64,000 nucleotides of DNA from Octopus sinensis (lineage: Eukaryota): the NCBI RefSeq assembly GCF_006345805.1, contig NC_043004.1, positions 52,142,001-52,206,000 on the forward strand. The letters are read 5' to 3'. The notes under the pieces were generated by a model that worked only from the letters and a program-made list of their open reading frames with translations, was not told the DNA's origin and made no database searches. Positions 40,981-52,610 of this stretch are shown here, piece by piece; within the stretch, counting starts at the first letter, position 1, and every line of letters starts with the position of its first letter. A program made the position numbers and the translations under genes.

Positions 40981-41561
40981 CAGTAACCACTCGACTACCG
41001 CGGGTGTTATTTTCCAAAACATCCCCACGATAGGTGAAAATTCGCGAGGTAGAAACAGTACTGTATGTTTTTACCTCTGCCTTCCCTAACGCGGACCTTT
41101 TGGTTTCAGTCGCGTTTGTTTGTTTGTCCTTGGACAAGATATCTCAAGAACCACTGGATGGATTCGGATGAATCTTCTAGGGTTGTTAGGGCTCGTGACT
41201 GGGACGAACTGATTAGATTTTGGAATCGATCCAGCACCGGACAAGGATTCTGGATTATTTTTCCATTTTTTTTACTTAATTTTTGAGAGCTGTTGGGTTT
41301 ATTTTTAGTATTCCCGTTTGTGAAAGCAGTCGAGTTTATTTCAGATATCCTTATTTTAAAAATCATCTCTAACTGTTGAGAGGGTGTTAGTGTTGCCTTG
41401 GTGGAGGTTTGCACTCTTTTTGAGTGCTCTTGTTTTTAATTATTTTTATATCTTGTACATATTTATGTTTTTATAAATGCAAAAGAACACTACGGAGGAA
41501 TCGATGTAAGATTAAGTAATAAACCGCGATAAGTGAACCGCGATATGGCGAGGGATTACTA
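40981..41561. mobile_element. MITE with CAGTAATCCCTCG-type TIRs hosting the HINE-like insertion
   Basis: CAGTAACCACTCGACTACCGCGG at the left end; CCGCGATATGGCGAGGGATTACTA at the right end. Confidence 0.5.
41068..41434 (+). mobile_element. Helentron-associated (HINE-like) element
   Basis: Sub-terminal inverted repeats ACCTCTGCC 41073-41081 / GGTGGAGGT 41400-41408, a (GTTT)n tract, a 3' hairpin GCACTC/GAGTGC and T-rich ends. Confidence 0.65.
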
Positions 41562-41967
41562 TAATGCTTATTTAAGTTTGCTGTGGTTGTGTATGTAGAG
41601 GCTGCCAACATATTGCTCTACTCAAAGTGTATAATGCAATTAAAACATTTCAAAGTGTTTGTATACACAAAGATGCGCGCACACGCACGCATGTACACAC
41701 ACACCCGGACGCACACAGAGGCATATAGATAGATAGATAGATAGATGTAGATATATATATATAGCTAGATGTAGATATACATATATATCCGTTAACGACA
41801 CCTTGACATTTACTCTTCCTTTCCGCGTATGTCCATTGGGATTCACCCCATCGAAGGACAATTGACAGTCGCTGCTCCCCTTTATATTTCTTTTGGTATC
41901 GAAATCAACAATATATCTGGTACCTTCAATCTTCATGCGTCTTTTTATGCGTAGGTAATACTGTATT

Positions 41968-42235
41968 TTATATTCGTGAGGCATCGTCCGTCTTTCTGTC
42001 CCTATTTCGTATACATTCGATCCTTCTTCCAAGAAATCTAATGCTCGTAGCTTAGTTTTTCCTGGGGGCTGGCCGGATCGGAGCGATCTCAAGATCAATC
42101 AGCCGAAATTGCTACGATGATCCGGTTCTTGACTGAAGATTGAGGGCTTCGAATGTCCCGTCCGTGTTTTTTATATCGTTTTCTAAGTGTTTTGCGTTCT
42201 TGTCCAGTTTGTATTTTTTTCTACATATAATAATA

Positions 42236-42279
<44 letters not shown>

Positions 42280-42577
42280 TATATATATATATATAATATA
42301 TATATATATATATTATATATGTAGAAAAATACAAACTGGGACAAGAACGTAAAACAATTAGAAGACGATACAAAAAACACGGACGGGACATTCGAAGCCT
42401 TCAATCTTCAGTCAAGAACCGGATCATCCTAGCAATTTCGGCTGATTAATCTTGAGATCGCTCCGATCCGGCCAGCCCCCAGGAAAAACTAAGCTACGAG
42501 CATTAGATTTCTTGGAAGAAGGATCGAATGTATACGAAACAGGAACAGAAAAACGGACGATGCCACACGAATATAAA
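41968..42577. mobile_element. Inverted pair (~258-bp arms) of a dispersed repeat around an (AAT)n/(AT)n tract
   Basis: 41968-42225 is the reverse complement of 42320-42577; a third copy lies at about 15220-15460. Confidence 0.8.
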
Positions 42578-43501
42578 TTCAATACCACTATAAAATGGTC
42601 AGAACTCATCACACAGGAACTTAGTTTGATTTGAAAACCCCACTAAAATGGGAGAAAGCGCTAATACATGATCTAAGTTATATAATATATTTAAAAAATG
42701 TAATATACAAATAAATATCTGTAAATACAAACCATCCGATTTTCTGAGTATCTCATTTCTTCTAACATATATATATATATATATATGTATACACTATCTA
42801 ATTCGGCGAACTAGTAGAGTCGTTAGCACGCCGGATAATGTGCTTAATAGTATTTCGTTTCGTCCTTACAGTCTGAATTCAAACTCTGCCGAGGTCGACT
42901 TTGCCTTTCATCCTCTTGGAGTGGATAAATTCAGTCCCAGTTGACCACTGACATCAATGTATAGAACTTAGAATCTTCAACGAAATTGATGGCCTTGCGC
43001 CAAAATTCGAAACCAGTATATAATGTAACTTTGCTCAAATTATATGTTCTACCGTTTGTAGACACTAAGATGTTCTTTGATGTGAGTGAGATTTTGTTAC
43101 TACTTCCAGCAACTGAACTGACTGCTACAAGGCTCATAACTGACTCAATATTTCGGTGGATGTCCGAGTGAAATCCTGGTCATACAAATCTATGATCAAA
43201 GGAAATTCAGGTTTGACCACTTCCCTTTCCCATGCTGCTTGGTTATAATTTCAAAGACAGTCCGCTGTTATTTCTAGCAGATCGAGCGACCATGTGGATA
43301 TTCCTGATTTGTCATCTTGGTATATAGGCATAATTAGGATATATGTACACCGTGTGTCTGCGTTTGTTTATATGGTAACACTCAAGCACATATATGAATA
43401 TGTATATCTATATATTTACACATACATACATATACATATATGTATATGTGATTACACACACATCCACACATACAAACACACACTCACGGGCACACAGAGA
43501 A

Positions 43502-43539
<38 letters not shown>

Positions 43540-44070
43540 TATATTTACACGAGGGTGTTGATAGCACTATGTCCAACAAAACTAGTCAAAAATTTAAGCA
43601 CGTTAACGTCATTATTCTCCCTTAGGTATAGTCGATGAATAGAGCTATCAAGCTAGGTAGATGTATTTATATGCGTGTGTGTGTGTGTGTGTGTGTGGTG
43701 TGTGTGTGTGTGTGTGTGTGTGTGGTTTGTTGAAATGATGACAACTCTAGAAATATTCTCACTCAACTATTTTTATTAACTAAATATATGGCAATCACCT
43801 CTTTATAATTTCATTCTATAAGTATCTCATGTACCAGCTGCTCTGAATGTATTTTATGAGCATGTCATTATATAGACTAGTGACTGCAATACCAAAAGCT
43901 ATGATGAGTGCTATACCCTGCCGATAACTACAAATTACTGAAAAAATTTCGGGAATCTCTCTCCTTCTTGCTTAGTCAAGCAATAACATTACTTATTTCC
44001 TTTTAGTTATTGACAACGGCAAAGACATTTGAAATCATGGTTTCAAATTTTGCCACAGTGGTAGCAATTT

Positions 44071-44368
44071 TGGTGGAGGAGAGGAGTCGGTTACATCTCA
44101 ACTGGTACTTATTTTATCGACCCCGAAATGATGAAAGGCAAAGTCGACCTTGGCGGAATTTGAACTCAGAACTTAGTGACGGGTGAAGTTACGCTAAGCC
44201 TTTATGGTGGAGGAGAGGAGTCGGTTACATCTCAACTGGTACTTATTTTATCGACCCCGAAATGATGAAAGGCAAAGTCAACCTTGGCGGAATTTGAACT
44301 CAGAACTTAGTGACGGGCGAAGTTACACTAAGCATTTCGTCTAGCGCGCTAACGATTCTGCCAGCTCG
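44071..44368 (-). repeat. 134-bp tandem duplication within a SINE-A copy
   Basis: TGGTGGAGGAGAGGAG...CTAAGC starts at both 44071 and 44205. Confidence 0.85.
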
Positions 44369-44525
44369 ATGCTTTTAAGATATTTGGAATATTGTATGTT
44401 TGGTATTTTCGCAAAAACTTTGCTGACTGTTAAACATTATTTACGGTACACAAGTTTCAAAGCGGTTGTTGTTGGTGGAGACCAGCTCATTTATGACATA
44501 ACAGTAAGACATAATCGTAGGCCGG

Positions 44526-44898
44526 AGGTGCAATGGCCCAGTGGTTAGGGCAGCGGACTCGCGGTCGTAGGATCGCGGTTTCGATTCCTAGACCGGGCGT
44601 TGTGAGTGTTTATTGAGCGAAAACACCTAAAGCTCCACGAGGCTCCGGCAGGGGATGGTGGTGATCCCTGCTGTACTCTTTCACCACAACTTTCTCTCAC
44701 TCTTACTTCCTGTTTCTGTTGTACCTGTATTTCAAGGGGCCGGCCTTGTCACTCTCTGTGTCACGCTGAATATCCCCGAGAACTACGTTAAGGGTACACG
44801 TGTCTGTGGAGTGCTCAGCCACTTACACGTTAATTTCACGAGCAGGCTGTTCCGTTGATCTGATCAACCGGAATCCTCGTCGTCGTAACCGACGGAGT
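44526..44898 (+). mobile_element. tRNA-derived SINE, head C + tail X
   Basis: A/B-box head TGGCCCAGTGG...GGTTTCGATTCC; tail ends GTCGTCGTAACCGACGGAG. Confidence 0.8.
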
Positions 44899-45720
44899 AC
44901 TTCCTCTCTTTAATCGTAGGCCAAATTTTGAGATAACCAGATATTTCGTCTCCCGTCCCATCAGAGAATATTTATGAAGTGTGGATAGATCTCTAAGGGG
45001 GTGAGAGCCGTAATAATTGTTGATATAGCAAAATAGCACATGGGATAGAAATATACATACGTAAACATACTCTCATATCCACACACACACGCACACACAA
45101 ATGCACACACACACACAGCATCCTCCCCACACGCTAACAACCACGCACACATGCATGCACATATACATATTGTGTTGAATCAAAGGACTTGCTATGTGTT
45201 GGTAACTTATTTGCTTTATTTGCCACCTTACAAGAGGTAGCCGAGCATTCAATGTAAAGGCCATCGTGTTGTACCGTGTGAAGCCAAATTCTGCTAGATA
45301 TTTTATTCACACGTTGGTAACACCTCTTGTTTTTCGAGGTAAAGTAGTCCTTCAATAGAGCATCCACATGTTCTTAGTTGATTTAGTTGATAAACTGACG
45401 CGATCATAGGAAGTGAGCCATGGGCAACAAGTCATAATTCGAGGGCGTTAGGTCTGGACCATATGCTAGGACTTGCATCAGTTCGATTCCCTCAAGTTCC
45501 TGGAGTAAATCTTTTTCCTCATGAAAAAAGCCGACCTTGCCGTAATATATATATACGACTAAGTACTGGTTACATATCCATGAGTTTGTGCAAATTCCAT
45601 CTGCTAATTATGAACAGCACGATTATTACATTATTTCGAGCTCCCAGATCAGCTGCCAGGTTTATAAAACTTTGAAATCTCTCCTTAGTGCTATGTATAT
45701 ATTAACCTTATAATTTTATT

Positions 45721-45757
<37 letters not shown>

Positions 45758-46102
45758 AGTAAATATATGGCACAACGAAGTACCGATATTTACTGGAAAT
45801 AGCGAACGTAATAATACGACGCTAATGTATAGCTTCACCGCGTATGTACTAGCAAAAATGCGTGTGTGCAACAAACTAGAAAAAATTGTCTTACCTCCAG
45901 GGAGAACATCTGAAAGATGAAATACCTGGAAAAGGATAATGTGGGACCTGCGCAGGTTTCAGATTTTTCAAGATATGTCTGCCACCCATAAACTTGATCT
46001 ATCTTCATCAGCCAAACATATACCACGACAACCTTTCAGATGTTACCACATTAACACGGGCTATTCTTTACTGGAAAGCAATACTCTAGTATTGCATTAC
46101 TA

Positions 46103-46147
<45 letters not shown>

Positions 46148-46150
<3 letters not shown>

Positions 46151-46391
46151 CTCTTTTACTCTTTTACTTGTTTCAGTCATTTGACTGTAGCCATGGTGGA
46201 GCACCGCCTTTTTTAGCCGAGTAAATCGACCCAGGAGTTATTCTTTGTAAGCCTAGTACTTATTCTATCGCTCTCTTTGGCCGAACCGCTATGTTACGGG
46301 TACGTAAACACACAAGCATCGGTTGTCAAGCGATGTTGGCGGGGGGGACACAGACACACAAACATACACACACACACACATACACACACAC

Positions 46392-46444
<53 letters not shown>

Positions 46445-46613
46445 CACACAAGTATACGAAGAGCTTCTTTCAATTTCCGTCCAGCAAATCCACTCACAAG
46501 GCTTTGGTCGTCCCGAGGTTATATTAGAAGACACTTGCTCAAGGTGCCACGTAGTGGGACTGAACCCCAGGACCATGTAGTTCGTAAGCACGCTACTACC
46601 ACACAGCCACTCC
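46148..46613 (-). mobile_element. SINE family B
   Basis: Reverse complement with (TTTTACTC)n tail. Confidence 0.8.
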
Positions 46614-46738
46614 ATGTATATGATTTATTTCAAGATTTCTTTCCAGTAGAGAAAGTGTCGGTTTCTAATTTAAATCCAAGGCTCCTTCATTGGAAATTCA
46701 ACATCAACAACAGGGTATTTTTGTTTGTATATATGTAT

Positions 46739-46834
<96 letters not shown>

Positions 46835-46835
46835 A

Positions 46836-46936
<101 letters not shown>

Positions 46937-46953
46937 GTATATTTATATGCATG

Positions 46954-46998
<45 letters not shown>

Positions 46999-47001
<3 letters not shown>

Positions 47002-47286
47002 GAAGCGCAATGGCGCTCGCGGTTGTAGGATCGCGGTTTCGATTCCCAGACCGGGCGTTGTGAGTGTTTATTGAGCGAAAACACCTATAGCCCCACTAGG
47101 CTCCGGCAGGAGGTGGTGGGGATCCTTGCTGTACTCTTTCGCCACAACTTTCTCTCACTCTTACTTCTGTTGGCCTGCTCGCTTAGCCAGCGGTGTGGCG
47201 TCATTTGAAGGCTAAGACAATGCAAAGCGCATTGTGACCAGCGATGTGTAGCAACATCTGATAGCCTGGTCGGTCACGGTGATCAC
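46999..47286 (+). mobile_element. SINE, head C + tail Y
   Basis: Same head as 44526; tail ends CCTGGTCGGTCACGGTGATCAC. Confidence 0.8.
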
Positions 47287-47391
47287 ATGTATGTATGTAT
47301 GTATGTATGTATGTATGTATGTATGTATGTATGTATGTATGTATGTATGTGCGTATGTATGAATGTATCTCTCTCTCTCTCTCTCTCTCTT

Positions 47392-47429
<38 letters not shown>

Positions 47430-48399
47430 AAGATAAAAGGAGAGATAGATAGATAGATAGATAGATGAATAAATAGACCTCATGTCTAATCGTGTCTATC
47501 TGTATTAGTATAGTTTTGATTAATATAGTTTGCTTTGTTAATTTAACAGTCTAGGATAAAGATGTTGCATATGGGTGTGTGTGATGAGTGTGTGTGTATG
47601 TGTTTGTGTGCGTGTGTGTGTATGTGTGCGCGTATGTATCTATGTATGCATATAAGAACAAGGACTAAGCAATCTGATATTTAGAAACCCTCAATTGTTA
47701 AGAATACCTACCTAGAAAAAAATCTTATTCATGAAAAGAATCTCAATTGAAGTATTGAAGAAATCTTTGGATTAACTCTTAACCAAAGTGCGAGACTAGC
47801 CAACTATAGCCTGTTACGCCTAAGCAAAATCACCTGCTACTAACTCAGTTTTAAACGAATTTCTAGTCATAAAACTTCAATAAATATGAGAAAAAAAGGT
47901 AATATAAAAATAAAATGAAAGAAAAATAAAACTTAGGCTGTGCCCCCATCATGGCCACAATTCATTGATCGAAATCATCACTTTCTGACAAGTTGTGGTG
48001 CACCTGAGCACTGTATACAATAATTTCATTATTATTATTATTAAAGATTTTACATATAGATACAAACACATAGGCGTGTGGGTGTATATATCTATGTACG
48101 TAGATTTATGACTATGTGTAGAATTGGTGTATGCATGTTTGTGAATGAGCCTGTGTATGTGGGTGTTTTGGTATGTGTGTATGTGGTGCAAGGTGCCTAT
48201 GAGCCTGCAGCATGTGTGTTTGTGTGTATTACTATGCAAATCCAGTGTATTTATGTGTTGTGATCTTGAATCGGGCAGAGGACGTATGGCCTGTGGTCCT
48301 AGTCTTGGATGAATTTTGATGCTAACGTTGAGATCGCTTGAGCGATGCTGGTGATATATTCTCCACATCGTGCAAAGGATGTATCGCTCACGGCGCCCT

Positions 48400-48451
<52 letters not shown>

Positions 48452-48637
48452 ACACATATATATATATACATACTTACATACATACATGAATACATACATA
48501 TATACATATGTATATATATATATATTGCAAAAAAGGAGAGACGGTTAGCACTCCCCTTGACAAGGACGGAAGAGATCAATCGATCTTTCTAACACATATG
48601 GGCATTGCTCTCTACTTCAGAGCAACCTATTTTTAAA

Positions 48638-49033
48638 GGCGCAGGAGTGGCTGTGTGGTAAATAGCTTGCTAACCAACCACATGGTTCCGGGTTCAGTCC
48701 CACTGCGTGGCATCTTGGGCAAGTGTCTTTTGCTATAGCCCCGGGCCGACCAATGCCTTGTGAGTGGATTTGGTAGACGGAAACTGAAAGAAGCCTGTCG
48801 TATATATGAATATATATATGTGTGTGTATATGTTTGTGTGTCTGTGTTTGCCCCCCTAGCATTGCTTGACAACAGATGCTGGTGTGTTTACGTCCCCGTC
48901 ACTTAGCGGTTCGGCAAAAGAGAGCGATAGAATAAGTACTGGGATTACAAAGAATAAGTCCCGGGGTCGATTTACTCGACTAAAGGCGGTGCTCCAGCAT
49001 GGCCGCAGTCAAATGACTGAAACAAGTGAAAAA
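48638..49033 (+). mobile_element. SINE family B
   Basis: Full length. Confidence 0.85.
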
Positions 49034-49436
49034 ATATATATATATGTATATATATGCATATGTGTGTGTGTCTGCATATGTGAGTATCGATAGGTACTGC
49101 ATGCGTCTGTGCTCCTGAGGATGTTGTGCTTGTGTCTGTGTGTTTGTGTATCAGTTTTACTATACGCCCGGAGTTTGTGTCTGTGTGTGCGTCTTTTGTC
49201 TGATACGTAACAACATGCTGAGTGTGTTTGTATGAAAGGTGATTGTGCGATGTGTGTAATTGTGTGTAATTCTAAGTGAGGGAAAATGATTACCTGTTGT
49301 TGTGTTTGAGAGCATGGATGTGAATTGATATAGGTGGAGACGGATATTAATGATCTATCGAGTTAGATTTTGTGTGCGCATACAAGCATATACATACATA
49401 CATACATACATATATATATACATATATATATATACC

Positions 49437-49475
<39 letters not shown>

Positions 49476-49769
49476 TATATATACATATATATATATACAT
49501 ATATATATATATACATATATATATATGTATATATATATGTATATATATATATATATATAAACAAGAAGGGTAGTAATATCATTTACTACCAGGTGCCCAG
49601 CACAAAAGACGAATTAGTCATAAGACAAAAATATTATTCATATAGAAAAATATTATTCATGTAGTTATACAATTAAGGGCTCCTAAATAAAGATGCCGAG
49701 TGCTGGGAACACAAAAAGGGGATGAATTTATCGAGAGTGAAAATCAAAAACGTTTACCGATAACTTTAA

Positions 49770-49847
49770 CAACTCGTACCGCGGTTTCTGCTTCTTTCTA
49801 GCAAAACACAGAATATGTTTGCTAAGGCCAGCTTCATCAGCGAGTCG
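49770..49847 (-). ncRNA. Type I hammerhead ribozyme motif, array copy 1
   Basis: Minus strand reads CGACTCG-CTGATGA-[helix II]-GAAA-CCGCGG-TA-CGAGTTG. Helix I is CGACUCG/CGAGUUG. Predicted cleavage after GUA, between 49777 and 49776. Confidence 0.75.
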
Positions 49848-50211
49848 CCTGAATTTAATCGAGGTCTGCAGCGATGTGGGACTATGTGTTAAACCCGACT
49901 ACTAAGCAGATCTTATTTTCAAATCTCTGCGCAGACGCAAAATTTACACGGGCATGCCGGGAAGAATTTTACGAATAAATTCATCATGTAGTATGCGAAT
50001 ATAAACAAGAGGGTAGTAATATCATTTACTACCAGGTGCCCAGCACAAAAGACGAATTAGTCATAAGACAAAAATATTATTCATATAGAAAAATATTATT
50101 CATGTAGTTATACAATTAAGGGCTCCTAAATAAAGATGCCGAGTGCTGGGAACACAAAAAGGGGATGAATTATCGAGAGTGAAAATCAAAAACGTTTACC
50201 GATAACTTTAA

Positions 50212-50289
50212 CAACTCGTACCGCGGTTTCTGCTTCTTTCTAGCAAAACACAGAATATGTTTGCTAAGGCCAGCTTCATCAGCGAGTCG
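50212..50289 (-). ncRNA. Type I hammerhead ribozyme motif, array copy 2
   Basis: Same 78-nt motif as 49770-49847, 442 bp away. Confidence 0.75.
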
Positions 50290-50653
50290 CCTGAATTTAA
50301 TCGAGGTCTGCAGCGATGTGGGACTATGTGTTAAACCCGACTACTAGCAGATCTTAACTTTTCAATCTCTGCGCAGACGCAAAATTTACACGGGCATGCC
50401 GGGAAGAATTTTACGAATAAATTCATCATGTAGTATGTGATATAAACAAGAAGGTAGTAATATCATTTACTACCAGGTGCCCAGCACAAAAGACGAATTA
50501 GTCATAAGACAAAAATATTATTCATATAGAAAAATATTATTCATGTAGTTATACAATTAAGGGCTCCTAAATAAAGATGCCGAGTGCTGGGAACACAAAA
50601 AGGGGATGAATTTATCGAGAGTGAAAATCAAAAACGTTTACCGATAACTTTAA

Positions 50654-50731
50654 CAACTCGTACCGCGGTTTCTGCTTCTTTCTAGCAAAACACAGAATAT
50701 GTTTGCTAAGGCCAGCTTCATCAGCGAGTCG
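50654..50731 (-). ncRNA. Type I hammerhead ribozyme motif, array copy 3
   Basis: Same 78-nt motif, a further 442 bp away. Confidence 0.75.
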
Positions 50732-51386
50732 CCTGAATTTAATCGAGGTCTGCAGCGATGTGGGACTATGTGTTAAACCCGACTACTAGCAGATCTTAAC
50801 TTTTCAAATCTCTGCGCAGACGCAAAATTTACACGGGCATGCCGGGAAGAATTTTACGAATAAATTCATCATGTAGTATGCGAATATAAACAAGAAGGGT
50901 AGTAATATCATTTACTACCAGGTGCCCAGCACAAAAGACGAATTAGTCATAAGACAAAAATATTATTCATATAGAAAGAAGCAGAAACCGCGGTACGAGT
51001 TGTTAAAGTTATCGGTAAACGTTTTTGATTTTCACTCTCGATAAATTCATCCCCTTTTTGTGTTCCCAGCACTCGCCTCTTTATTTAGGAGCCTAATTGT
51101 ACTATTTAGGATCCCTTAATGTATAACTACATGAATAATTTTTTCTATATGAATAATATTTTTGTCTTATGACTAATTCGTCTTTTGTGCTGGGCACCTG
51201 TAGTAAATGATATTACTACCCTTCTTGTTTATATTCGCATACTACATGATGAATTTATTCGTAAAATTCTTCCCGGCATGCCCGTGTAAATTTTGCGTCT
51301 GCGCAGAGATTTGAAAAGTTAAGATCTGCTAGTAGTCGGGTTTAACACATAGTCCCACATCGCTGCAGACCTCGATTAAATTCAGG

Positions 51387-51464
51387 CGACTCGCTGATGA
51401 AGCTGGCCTTAGCAAACATATTCTGTGTTTTGCTAGAAAGAAGCAGAAACCGCGGTACGAGTTG
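51387..51464 (+). ncRNA. Type I hammerhead ribozyme motif, array copy 4 (inverted arm)
   Basis: Helix I 5' strand CGACTCG 51387-51393; CTGATGA 51394-51400; GAAA 51446-51449; palindrome ACCGCGGT 51449-51456; GTA 51455-51457; helix I 3' strand CGAGTTG 51458-51464. Confidence 0.75.
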
Positions 51465-51828
51465 TTAAAGTTATCGGTAAACGTTTTTGATTTTCACTCT
51501 CGATAAATTCATCCCCTTTTTGTGTTCCCAGCACTCGGCATCTTTATTTAGGAGCCCTTAATTGTATAACTACATGTAATATATTTCTATATGAATAATA
51601 TTTTTGTCTTATGACTAATTCGTCTTTTGTGCTGGGCACCTGGTGTAAATGATATTACTACCCTTCTTGTTTATATTCGCATACTACATGATGAATTTAT
51701 TCGTAAAATTCTTCCCGGCATGCCCGTGTAAATTTTGCGTCTGCGCAGAGATTTGAAAAGTTAAGATCTGCTAGTAGTCGGGTTTAACACATAGTCCCAC
51801 ATCGCTGCAGACCTCGATTAAATTCAGG

Positions 51829-51906
51829 CGACTCGCTGATGAAGCTGGCCTTAGCAAACATATTCTGTGTTTTGCTAGAAAGAAGCAGAAACCGCGGTAC
51901 GAGTTG
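51829..51906 (+). ncRNA. Type I hammerhead ribozyme motif, array copy 5
   Basis: CTGATGA 51836-51842; GAAA 51888-51891; GTA 51897-51899. Confidence 0.75.
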
Positions 51907-52273
51907 TTAAAGTTATCGGTAAACGTTTTTGATTTTCACTCTCGATAAATCATCCCCCTTTTTGTGTTCCCAGCACTCGGCATCTTTATTTAGGAGCCCT
52001 TAATTGTATAACTACATGAATAATATTTTTCTATATGAATAATATTTTTGTCTTATGACTAATTCGTCTTTTGTGCTGGGCACCTGGTAGTAAATGATAT
52101 TACTACCCTTCTTGTTTATATTCGCATACTACATGATGAATTTATTCGTAAAATTCTTCCCGGCATGCCCGTGTAAATTTTGCGTCTGCGCAGAGATTTG
52201 AAAAGTTAAGATCTGCTAGTAGTCGGGTTTAACACATAGTCCCACATCGCTGCAGACCTCGATTAAATTCAGG

Positions 52274-52350
52274 CGACTCGCTGATGAAGCTGGCCTTAGC
52301 AAACATATTCTGTGTTTTGCTAGAAGAAGCAGAAACCGCGGTACGAGTTG
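52274..52350 (+). ncRNA. Type I hammerhead ribozyme motif, array copy 6
   Basis: CTGATGA 52281-52287; GAAA 52332-52335; GTA 52341-52343; one A missing in the helix II region. Confidence 0.72.
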
Positions 52351-52445
52351 TTAAGTTATCGGTAAACGTTTTTGATTTTCACTCTCGATAAATTCATCCC
52401 CTTTTTGTGTTCCCAGCACTCGGCATCTTTATTTAGGAGCCCTTA

Positions 52446-52481
<36 letters not shown>

Positions 52482-52533
52482 GTATATATATGTATATATA
52501 CATGTGTATATATATAATATATATTATATATAT

Positions 52534-52600
<67 letters not shown>

Positions 52601-52610
52601 TATATATATA

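Larger units (their letters stand above)
49555..52453. repeat. Tandem array of a ~442-445 bp unit (about 6.5 copies) in two inverted arms; candidate non-LTR retrozyme concatemer
   Basis: Units recur at about 49558, 50002, 50443 and 50887. Orientation flips at 50972-50977, and reverse-complement units recur at about 50972, 51434, 51876 and 52321. Copies differ mainly by single-base indels. The ORF track has no ORF inside the array. (TA)n flanks both sides. Confidence 0.95.

Noticed and set aside
45895-45909. 15-nt minus-strand microexon candidate (TTTCAG|ATGTTCTCCCTGGAG|GTAAGA)
   Set aside because: Good splice signals, but no partner exons, and such sites arise by chance in 64 kb.
45960-46015. 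Minus-strand CTGATGA-AGATA...TATCT-T-GAAA hammerhead-like motif
   Set aside because: No usable NUH triplet or helix I pairing; at best a decayed remnant.
49555-52453. Array as an rRNA, tRNA, snRNA or CRISPR locus
   Set aside because: No match to the 5S, U-snRNA or tRNA sequences I know. Units are identical throughout with no unique spacers, and the context is eukaryotic.
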